Source: Fimbriosthenelais zetlandica (taxonomy: Eukaryota). Taken from it: a stretch of 64,000 nucleotides of DNA. The stretch is from assembly GCA_977030845.1 (NCBI GenBank), contig OZ365115.1:14756001-14820000 (forward strand), written 5' to 3'. A model generated the notes under the pieces. The model was not told where the DNA came from and searched no databases. It saw nothing but the letters and a program-made list of their open reading frames with translations. The position numbers were made by a program, and so were the translations under genes. Positions 13,001 to 25,000 of the stretch are shown in pieces. Each line of letters starts with the position of its first letter. Within the stretch, counting starts at the first letter, position 1.

Positions 13001-16000
13001 AGAATGCTTCAAATACAAGCAGAGATCCCAGAGACCGAGTCACACACACTGGCCTATTGACTAAACTAAGCCTGGTGAGTTTGAATAATGTCAAAACTTA
13101 TTGTGAGGAAATACCAGGGGTATCTACTGTGTGTGTGCTTTTCCTGGCTCTAGAGCTCACGCTTCACTTCCAAAGTAAATTTTCTCAACCTGACTAATAT
13201 TCTGAATTTACTGGGGCATGGCCTTTTCTTTCACAAGGAAAATATATAACACTTCATCCCATCCAGGCTGGCGTGTGTGAAATCCGGTGACATATTTAAT
13301 GCTTTAAAATCAAGGGTTGAACTTTAAAAATTACAAAGTTGGAGTATACATATATTATCATAAAAATAAAATGAATAGTTATTTAATTTCATCGTTATTT
13401 TTATAATAAATAGAATGTTAATATTTGGTATGTATTCAGATTCCCGATGTGGCTTTTTGAATGTAGTGTATTTAATTTCATCATATTTATTATAACAAAT
13501 AACTCATAAAACCAACAGGGTAGAAGCTATTTGTAACAGACATCCATGCCCAGACATACAGATATGAATATAACGTTAATATTAATTATATTCAGATTAT
13601 CAATGTAGTTTTTGGAAAAAAAATAAAATATTTTATTTTGTATTTGTCACTTATTTGGGTCAGAAACACGGATTGGACTTCACCGATCAGCAGCTGTGGA
13701 TACAAGCTGCTACCTCGAACCAATCCAAAATAAATACATGGAGAAATAAAAATATAATTTGGCTGTTTACAGGCCCTGGTGTGAACAACCCTGTCCATCA
13801 CATAAAACCTCCCGTCTACAACCTCTGGGTGGCAGTAGGGCAGCCAGAGTTGGGACCAATCCAAAAATTTTGGATCCAGAGAATTCTGAATGAAACTTTG
13901 TTTTTTTAGTGGCCAGCTGGTCTGAAGTATACAGATTTCAGCAGGACGTATTGGCCATTCAGTAACTGGTATCAAATCCACAGATTCATTATCTGATGCC
14001 TTAACAGATTTCTCTTAACTTGAACTATTGTAAAATTTCAGGTTCATATTAAGAAGGCAAATATCAACAAATCCATCTTTTAGTTTGGGAAAAGACCAAA
14101 CACACTAGCAGATGGAAAGTTGAGGGGAAAAATGAAAAAAATAATCATTAAGGCAATTGCGTCCAGATATGATAATTTATAAATCATCAGTTCACTCAGA
14201 AGGAAACAAGCTTTTGGCAAACAATGATCTGCTCTTGAATTCCATTTCATAGAATCAGCTGGTGGGTCGAGTTGGTGTGAGTGTACTTTTACCGAGTACC
14301 ATGCAGCAGAAACCCTATAACAAGGGGACCTCACAAATCCCCTATTGACCAGAGGGAAGTAGCGGACCAGGCATTGACCAGAGAGAAGTAGCGGACCAAG
14401 CCTTGAGTAGCTGACCAAGCCTTGAGTAGCTGACCAAGTCTTGTCCATCTTGAGAAGGGCGTCTACCCTGACAAGGGCATGTAATGTCCAGCCCTGTCAT
14501 ACATCACTGACCGCCTGCCCATACAAGTCTCCCCCTCACCGCTTGACCAGCACAAGATGGTCAAGCCTAATGGTTTACTGGTCAGACAATCATTCAGACT
14601 GACCACTAACACTCGTCCCTCCACCCCTCACACCGTCCATACAACTCTGTTGATCTGAATTTCAATGGTTTACATTGAGAGGACAACGTCAGGGCTCGCT
14701 CTACCCGATCGCATTGTCGCAATTTGCGAATAAAAATACTACTCTGCTAAAAGAAAATTCCTGTTATTTGCGAAATAAAAATCGCTCCTAACCATCGCAA
14801 CATCACGCAAATATCCAGGTGAAAAACAGTAATGTTTCTTTCACATTAACATCTGTTAAATTGGGTGTCTTTAACACTTTTTGATACACAAAATCTGTAG
14901 CGAGAGTCAGCTCAGAATGTATGTACAATGATTCAGTGAACGCCTCCAGTACATGGCAATAACCCGGTACAATGCTCCTGGTATTGTAAAAAAACAGGAA
15001 CAGACATGTAGGAGAGGGGGGGGGGGGGGGGGGGCTAGAGGGGCCATGGCCCTTGCCAATAAAGTTAGGGACTATAGGATATGTAAGGTTCCGACTACCA
15101 TTTGACATGTATCTTCCATAATTCTACATATTAATATTCATGTTGCTCATTCTGAGCGAAGTTGTTATTCAAAGTCAGATTATCATTTTAACAAGTCCGT
15201 ATATTCTTGGAATTTATGAATGGAGGGAATATTTAAGGTAAAAATTCAATAAAAATATAATTGATTTGAATCTGTGAGGTGAAATTGCCCTCCTCCTTTC
15301 ATTCGCTTTCTCCAACTTCCGAAAAGAAAACTTTCAGAAGGAGTAGGAGTGGGTTTCAAACCACTCCTGGAATCAGCTTAAAAGCATTGGGACATTAAAG
15401 AGAAGGTATCAGTTGTTACAGAGCTTGAGGCAGGTTCACAAATTAAAGTAGAAAGCTCTGGTAGTGAACTAAATAAAGGCAGCAAGTGAATAATAGCCGC
15501 TAAAGGCAGCTTCTTACTCATTCATTCCTCACAGAAAATGGCACAGAGCCTGGAATGTCGTACAAAAAACCCATACAATATTCACCGCATCTCGCCTATT
15601 GAGTTGAATTGGCATTCTGTGCCAATTTGTCCCAACTTAAATTCAACATTTCGCTATTGAAGCGAGAAAATTTCCATGTCAATAACTGGGTTTCTCTGCG
15701 AGGATAGACCATTAAATGTATAATCAATTCCCGGGCTAGCATTTACACCCATTTTAATAATTCATCTAAAGGAAATAAACATGGCTTTGTCAATCAATGA
15801 ATAGCACAGATAACAATCTATTCCTTGATAAAAGAGCTCTGGAAATTAGAAAGCAATTCATTCCAGTAGGAAAGTATTCCATTTCATTGTTGATCTATGT
15901 ACTGTGACATAGTATAATAATATATTGAATGTAGACGTCAAAAACAAACTCTATTGTTTGTGGGAAGTTGGATGTTGTATGAAACACGAACTTTACCCTG

Positions 16001-19000
16001 GCAATACCAGGTTGACTTGTTTACCTAGTCAACTCAGGTTACATTCAATGTTAGAAGACATGTTGGTGGATATAGAATGAGGAACAGTATCCTGGCCCAA
16101 TCCATGCATAGAGAAGAAACGCCTCAATGCACAGACGAAATGCTCTCGGACAAATACATTGACCCAGGAAAAGTGAAATGGGAGGGCAGGTTCTACCGAA
16201 TATTCATTCTCTCCTCATTTTCATAGACCACTTGGCAGAATTTTCACACAGAAATATTGACAAGTAGCCTAGATAGTTCATATGTTCAAGTGTATACTTT
16301 CCAGTGAATAGAAGGTGCACTGAATTTATTATGTAATTGGTGAGTGTATATATGCTGAAGCAATCCGAGTCCAGTGAAACTGAATACTGATTTAACATTT
16401 TTTTAATTGAAAAAAGTATATATTGTAGACGCGTTGAAAAGTATCAGTCAAAAGTCTGATTACATTTTAGTCCTGTATTTTAGTGCTCAAACATAAGTCG
16501 AAGTTTTGAGTTCCATGTAGTCAATTACAGTACTAGTACTAGTCCGGAATATTTTAGTACTGTATTAGAGTACCAAAATACAGTACTGTACCATGTATGA
16601 CTACAGCACTCAAGTAGATACTGTATGTAATAGACTTTAATAGAAGTATCAGTATGTTAAGATGGACCATTGTCCCGGCGCTAGGCTAGCTTCAGGGCTA
16701 GAATATTGACATACATGTAAACGAGTATAGAGATGGTAAAATCAACCATTGTATGGCGCACTCTAATCCTCGGGGTATAGTATGTGAGGATCCAGATTAC
16801 CTGTACCTGGATTACCACCAGATTAACATACATCTACACCTGCCAAATCACAGGTAATATACGCCAAGTCCTATATGTACATCTGCTGCCATATCAGCAT
16901 CAGCAGGTTAGAAAATAGAAAATAAAGGAAGGAAAATGGTTATATAATACACAAATCAAGTAAAAGCATGGTGAGAGAGCGAGAGATAGGATAGAGAGAG
17001 AGGGGGAGATATGATAGAGAGAGAGGGGGAGATAGGATAGAGAGAGAGAGGGAAGAGATAGAGTAGTTTTGAGATACAGAGTGGGAGTGAGATAGAGAGT
17101 CAAAATGAGTGAGAGCGACAGATAGTGAGGGTGACTGAGAGTGAGAGACAGAGATAGAGATAGTAAGACAGAGATAGAAATAGTGAGACAGAGACAGTGA
17201 GAGAGATACCGAAGTGACAGACAGTGAGAGATACAGGAGAGACAGAAACAGAGATAGACAGGGACAGGAAAAAGTATTGAGGGCGGCTGAATCTGAGATT
17301 CTGAGACAGCCACAGAGAAACAGACAGTGATAAAGTGAGAGAGATTCTGAGAGAGACAGATAGAGTGACCCTGCCAGGATAACCAGCCTGGACTTTGAAA
17401 TAAGAAACTTAAGCCTAAAGTCCTTAAAGCTAGGGGCTGCTGTACACATTGTGTGCCTTGACCAGGCAGGGCAGCTTGATGCTATAACTTACCATTACTG
17501 ATGGCCTCGTCAGGACAGGTAATAGTGACCACACTGGACAGCTGACCACTCATCTTCACCCCCTTTGTCTTGTAGTATTCGGCGTCCGCTGGCTTGACCA
17601 GTAAGAGTTTCACATGATCTTGGTGAGCTATGATTTTGGTGACGACCGTTTTGTGATCCACTTCAGCCACATCCTCCCCATTGACTTCAATGATAAAATC
17701 ACCTTTGAGGACTCCAGCGGCTTCAGCTGGGGAGCTGGGGTCCACGCCCCCGATGAAGTTCCCTACACGACCCTTCTCAGCGTTTAGGTTGAAGCCGTAA
17801 CCTTTGAAACTGGCCCATTTCTTGAGGTGGCACAGACGGAGGGCAGGAGCATCATCATCAACATCATCATTGGTTGAGGCGGCAGGAGCAACTGTAGCAT
17901 TTAGGAATGCATGGATATTTAGTAAGTAATTCATGGGAAATTAATACAGATTTAGGAGAGAAAATAAGAGAAAAGTCCATGAAAGTAGGGGAGGGGTCGG
18001 GGCTGATGAACTGGCTTGAAGTGGGTTTAAAACATTGCAGTGAATGCTGACATTCACAAGAAGCCTTATTTTGATACAGTAAATGTTTAAGATCACTGGA
18101 GCCATCGCACTTGGGTGTTGACAAGACAAAATAGTTTACAACACCATGCCAATACATTACATACATTAAGTGCAGAGTCCAACCTCCGTTATATTCAAAA
18201 GTGCAGCATTCAGGCTTCAGCCCTGGAGCTAGGGCTTTCATTCCATCCAAAGCCTGGGGTTAATTTGAATTTGAATCTTAACTGACTAAACAGTTAGCTT
18301 GTGTTAGTACTCTATGACCGTTATTCAACAGACAGGAAATGTTTGAATGCTTTACATGCAATATGTTCATAATTACAAACATTTCTGAAACAGATATTTG
18401 ATTAGTTTTGGGGGAAAATCACCATGGATTAACCATTATGATCTAAGGTACAAAGGTGATTTAACTTGTAGGGTATTAATATCCAAAACCCTTTAATCCA
18501 GGGGAGGTAACTTGCATTAAAAATGCACACCTTGTCACCAGAAAACCCAGGTAGTGCAGGGAGTAGGGTACAGGGATGGGGTTACCCACAGGGTTCCTTA
18601 CACCAGGGAAAAACCAGGTTCCACAGTAGCTTAACAAGAACACAGAGGTACACCCAAGGGTTGTGTGTGATCCAGGGGAACCAGGGGCTGTTTCATAATT
18701 ATGTCATGGTTTATGAAACGCGCCCCAAGGCCTGTTTCATAATAGACTTACGACGGATTATAAAACAGACCCAAAGGAATCAAAGGGTTGGGTTTATATT
18801 TACAGAGTTCCTTAAATGTATATAGCTCGACTAGGAGGTAAAGATTCAGCTCAAAGAGCTAATAAAAAATGTTCAATCAGTAGGAAACTGGGTAGCAGGT
18901 CAATGAGCTAATGTACAATGCTCAATCAGTGGGTGAATCCATATCAGGAGCAGCTCAGCGCTAATATACAGAGCTGAATCAGGTGTGATGATCCATTGGT

Positions 19001-22000
19001 CTTGATTGGTGAACGGTAAGCAATTGACCTTTTCCAGATAGTCTTAATTGATGATAGGGCCTACAGGTAACCTTAACTGATTACAGGTAGACTTAACGAT
19101 GATAACAGGTAGACTTAGCTGTTGATTACAGGTGTTGTACAGGTATCTTACAGGTGTTAACCTTACCTTCAGGCGCCTCATCAGGACACTCAATCCTCTC
19201 TACATTCTCCATGTCGCTGTGTATTTTAATACTCTTGTCCTGGTAGTATTTGGCCGTGTCGTCGTCCACCACCAGCATGGTCACTCGGCCGGGGGTTGCC
19301 TTGATTTTCTGTACCACCTGAGGGTGTGTATCCTCATACACGTTACTACCATTAACCTCCACCATCTTGTCCCCCGCCTGCAGCCCCCCAGCCTGGGCGG
19401 GGGAATCCTCGTCCACCCCACCTATAAAGTGACCCTCGGTATTTTTAGAGGCCTGGAGGTTGAAGCCGTAACCTCTGAATGAGCTCCATGTCTTGATGAT
19501 GCAGAGACGTGGACGTGGTGCCTCATCATCAATCTCAGCAACAACGGCCGCAACAATGCTCGCAACAGCTACAGCTTCCATTGGAGTAACAACGGCAGGT
19601 TCCTCGTCAACATCGTCAGTGCCATCAGCAACGTCGTAAAGGGCGGCTTTTTCTAATTCGTCAATGGCTTCAGCTTCCTCGTCTTTTGGATCAGGAGCGT
19701 CCTGGACTTCCGGTTCCGGTTCAGATTGGCGGGCTGGGGTTTCATCCTCCTCGTCATCAGGGAGGGGAGCATCTGGTACGGGTGGTGGGGTGGATTCTAT
19801 ATAAAATATCACCCTCTGTTAGCTGACTTAACTAGACTATATCATTATATTATCCCACTGATATATCATCAGTTATCTTATAACAGTTTTAAATATCAAT
19901 ACTTGGAAATCAGTAAGTAAGAGTTTATAAATTCCTCATGGCATTATGTTATAGATTGCACAGATGTCTTGTCCTGTAAAGGTAGGCTTAACTAGGAATG
20001 GATCAATGGGACTTGTCCATCTTAATCACATTAAGGTTGGATAAAGCTGGGGGTTATTTCTAAGTTTATACTATAGTCTACTGTATAATTGAAATTTCTG
20101 TACATAGGTGTTCTAGGTTTCTATCTCTGAACACATATACACACCCCCCTGAGGAGGGAGCCAGGGGAAATTTATTTGACAGCTCGGCGATAGAACTGTC
20201 CACTCAAGGGCAACTCCTTCCCTGACAAAGTCATACATGGGAAGTTTGCGACAACATTTAACAATTTAGATATGGTCGCAAACCTATGTGACACTATAGG
20301 GTCGCTAGTCCCAGAGGAAAAAGTCACAAAACAGAGTCGCAATTAATGGTTTGTGACTCAGAGTCATTGGATTTCTACCAAAAGTAAGAGGAATCTTGAT
20401 TAAAAACATGTAAATGGGGTCTACCATCCACATGCTGGACCAGCGCCAGTCAGGATCTGGCTGACCTACATCTCCAGCCGACCATGAAATGATCTTATTT
20501 CTCTAACTCTGTACATGCTTAGATGAGAAGGGGCGGGGGGGGGGGGGGGGTGGGGGATGGGATGGGGGATGGGGAGAGGATAGTATGGCAATTTAGCCCT
20601 AGTTTGGCCATGAATCAAAACTAGAGGTGACTGGCCACAACACTAATTCATTCTCATTCTCTAGACTCTCAATGTATACTAGCCCCATCCCAAACCCCAC
20701 CGACAGATGATGTAAGATGTTACAGACAAAATCAGTCAGATCATGGGATGAGTTAACAAGCGCCATTAATTATCAGATCTAGACCTGATTGTCTTAATCA
20801 TCAGACGGTTCCATCAGACGGTATGGCTGATGGGTTCGAAAACCGATCAAAAATCGGTTCAAAAATCTGATGATCGGTTTGTGTCGGCTGGGGTATGTAT
20901 GGATTTAAATCTTATTTCTGCATGTCTCTCTCGATCTAGGAGTCTATAGAACATTTTATGTTCAACACACCAATACCGTGAGGGGGGGGGGGGCAGGGCA
21001 GTGAAAAAGCCTTGGACAGCTCGGGGATTGAACCGCCAAACCTTCGATCATTGGTAAAGCCCGAGTGAGCAGCATCAACTGAGCTAACTCAAGAGTCCCT
21101 CCGACTCCTTGAGAACTAATTAAGGAGTGGTTCAGGGAAAGGGGAGGGGATGGGAATATAACTGAGTGGAGTTTATTTGTATTAAGAACTGCGCAGCAAG
21201 TCCACTTTTTCTCTGGACTATAATCACTTCTCACCCAGCATTTTGGCATCCTCCATGAAAACAACCATTGTTGAGATATACTCTTCTCATGGCCTGGCTG
21301 CCTTTTTATATTAACAACTATTTTTTTGTATTTTAACGAGTTCTGGACTCTGGTATAAGTGATTCACGACTGCAGGCCGACCACCGGAGCATGGTAGAAA
21401 CTTTTGTATAAGTTTCCGTTCCCGGAGCTTCTTAATAAACAATATCCTGAAGGCACAAACACTTATTATCATTTAAGTAACTCTCTTTGTGGTCTTCAAG
21501 AAAAATATGTAAAAAAGCATAGCAAAAACAGAGCATATTGCGTTCCTAAGTCCAGTTAGAATTGCCTGGGAGACATAGAGTTCAGAAATATGACAAGAAT
21601 GGTACCACAAGACTTGCTTGGGATTTTTCTTTAAATTAAAGATATTGATTACGAAAGGAGAGCCTAGTAGTGTCTGGAATCATTGTATAAACAGCCTGAA
21701 GCAAGTCTAATTCCAGGTAATAGACTGGCGAGAGATAATACCAACCACTCATACTAATCAATACCATCAAGGACCACTAGAAATATTAAATTTCCAGACA
21801 TAATCTAAGTGGTTTGAAATAATCCGAATATTCTGAACCTAAGGTTGGATCAGACTGCGAACGCCTCCAGTTGCTTGCGTTTTTCTTGTCATGCGACTTC
21901 AGCAAGAAGCCAGCCGATTAGTTTTTCTAATCGAGTCGCAGAGGCTTGATTTTTGTCGCATGCTCTCTCGGATAGCAGTGCACAAAGACACAGAGCAAGG

Positions 22001-25000
22001 CAGATCCGTCTATGTATAATCAAAATGCAGCAAGAGCGCGACCTTTAAAACGCTCAGGTCGGTTCAAGTTATAATAGAGTTCCTCCACAAATCAGTGGAG
22101 AGAAAGTTGAGGTAGTTTTCTGATGTTCGTGTTCACTTGTCTGTGTATATTTGTCTTTCTATTGCTTTAGTAGGACACCATTTTTTTCATGACACCACAC
22201 TTGGTTGACATTCACACAATTTACCACTGGAAATGTTTGGTTGAACGCGTGAAATGATCGATATTATATCGTAGAAATGCGTCTTATATTTTAATGGTAT
22301 TTACGTTGTAATATGGTTGGAATTGTGGTGTTGAAACAATGTTAAAATTAAAAAATAATTAAATCATAATTATTGTTATTAACCGTTCAGTGTTAATATT
22401 AACCCAGAAACAGATGATAATACAGGATTAGCAAAATCAATACGGATGGTTAATCCCTAGGATTAACTCACCATCACTAGATTATGTCTAACGGATTAAC
22501 GGATCAAATCATGAGGTATCCATTTAAAACCGTGCAGGTTTATAACTAAAACAGGTTAAATTAAACTTAATAATCAACATGGGTGAAGTGAGGTGTTAGG
22601 CACTAGCGTTAAGGTGCAATCATTAGGGGGACATTAAGGCAAACAAAAATCACCCTGTTTCTTGTAAATCATCAGAAAAACCATCAAAACGAAAGTTTCT
22701 TTAGTCTGTTTCTATGTGAATTAGAAACACATTCGGAATATCTTTGTTCGAAATTAATTTATAAAAAAAAATCATATATTGACACCCTATTTTAGGGTGG
22801 TACTGTGTAATATTGAAGGGAATTTTGATGTTAATTTATAAATATCGGATATTTTTTGACTTTGAATTACAAGAAACATTGTGTTTATCTTGGCCTGAGG
22901 ATGTACCCACCTCCACCAGTATTATGTATATATGATTGTGAGGATCAAAGTCAGCCTGTCTTTTCATTCTCTCAATATTTCATATTCCACCAGGTGCGCA
23001 CCTCTCAGAGGTGGTTACCATGGCAACCTTCAAAGTTAAACTGGCAACGCCCCCGTGCCGCCAGAGGGCGCCCCGGGCCAGGCAATAAGCACGGCTCATC
23101 TTGTGTAATCGAATCGAAAAGAGACAGAAAATCAATGGATGGGGAAGTGAGGGACAGGAACAAGGGACGCCGAAAACACTGCATAAATAACATGCAGTCA
23201 TCATCAATCATTTCACAGCCAAATTGCAAAGTTGTCATAATAATGAAAACATTTCCTATATATAGTGACAATTTTGGGTTTCAAAAAGGGATTTTTCGCT
23301 CATTCGACATAAATAGTAAATTTCGGACAATTTTGGTTGAAATTTTCATAAGTTTTATATCAGAGAATTGACTGAAAATCCTGGGGGAATCCTATGGTAA
23401 AAGATTTCAAAACGAGAGGAAATTAAAGGTCGTATCGTTATTGTTTCTTTCTTAAAAATTAAAAAAAAATGCCTGGCCCGGGGCACTATGGTGTCGGGGG
23501 TGGAATGAGAACGATTTTTTTGCTTTTAGAATCAAACAAATATTGGGGAATAGGGAGGTGGGAGGCAGGCGCAATATTGGGGAAATAATGCAAGGGCAAG
23601 GTACAAGGTAAAGGCATCAAAATCTAATATCATCAAGTTCAAATATTTCATATTCTAACTTGCTGATGTGAAATTTGTAACATGCAAGCATATTGTCATT
23701 ACAAGTCAAATGGCAAGCAACATTTCAAAAGACAAAATATAGTCTATGACAATATTGGGAACGGTGGGTGAAGGGGAAAACACAGAGACAATGGTAGGAA
23801 AGGGACAATGTCATTGATCATGCAACCAACGTCAGTCTAGTTTTTTTTTCTAAATGCTCCATTTTTTCAATGCATTACTCTTAAATCTGTGCCAATTTGT
23901 CCTCAAAACATGAAGGTATTGGATTGTTCACAAACATTATTTTCTCCCCAGTTTTTCACACAGTTTTGGACTATAATTGACATAAAAATTAAGGAAAAAT
24001 ACATGTTTCCAGCCAGCAATTTGTTCAACATATGTTCAAATTGTAAATGTTCCAAAGTCACTTTTGGCCCGAAAAATCCAAGGCAATCAAAATACCTATT
24101 TCACATATATATTTCCATATAAGCAACCAGAATGTTAGAGCTCCAATATGTTTGAAGCTGTAGCAAATGGAGAGAAGAGAAGAGGTGGAGAGGGGCAAAA
24201 AAGTAAGGCAGTATCTAGGTTAGGAGTAAGGTGGCCTCGCCATGTTCTATTTGCCGACATGAAAGGTAGGTATATATGGCATAGATAGTAAAATATCAGA
24301 CCTCAAAGTTTGGTCCTTCTATGGCCCTTCTTCACCCCTTCACAATTTATACTATACACTATAATACCTCTGTATAGTGAACACTTTGGTGACTGAAAAG
24401 GTGTTCACTATTTGGTGTTTACTAATCAGAGGTGTACACCTCAAGATATGGAACTGAACAAATTCATTTCTGAGGTGTTTCTTGTTTACCTATGAAAGAT
24501 TATGAATAAATGAAGCTAATTTGTGTCCACCTTTTAGTGTTAAAGCCAGACTGGGACAGGTTCATATTAGTCATGACCCTCAAGTAGATGACTATGAGGT
24601 CTAAATAAAGATAAGTAAATATGTCTCAGAGTAAATAGAGTAAAAGGTTAGGGTGGGTGCTGGGTCGCTAGTTGCATGATCAATACAGGGTTAGTTAGTC
24701 TGAAGGTGAAAAGACTGGAGGGAACGAAAAGAAAAATCAATATGAACATCATCATATTAGGTCAAAGAGGAAAAACATGATATTATCTTATTAAAGAAGA
24801 AGCATTAGATATATGACAAACATGAAAAACCTTTACATGTAAATATCAAAGATTCTACCATTAAAGATTCTACCATTAAAGCACTATGATCTTAATTAAT
24901 CTTAAACTGATCTTAATATAGACTATAAAAGGTATGTATTAACCGGGAACTATATATAAGAGACAAGCCTTTCTGTGCAATATTCATTTCTCTATTAAAT

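Noticed and set aside
13592-13981. ORF with PIRPAEICILQTSWP and HPEVV, superficially like a decayed eleventh PDZ exon
   Set aside because: It has no GYGF-like loop, no SPA/AGL and no IIEVNG, and the motif spacing is wrong. It fits a decayed L1/Tx1 C-terminus better.
14080-14448. Alternative first coding exon for the cluster (MDKTWS...)
   Set aside because: Kozak-like ATG, but no convincing phase-1 donor in frame.
16900-17449. Ser/Leu-rich ORFs (also 29538-29867, 43093-43890, 47478-47925, 57688-58043, 61476-61721)
   Set aside because: Artefacts of GA/CT simple repeats, which lack stop codons.
22856-23371. 171-aa plus-strand ORF
   Set aside because: It has no recognisable domain, lies antisense within an intron, and its open frame is explained by the GC-rich motif island.
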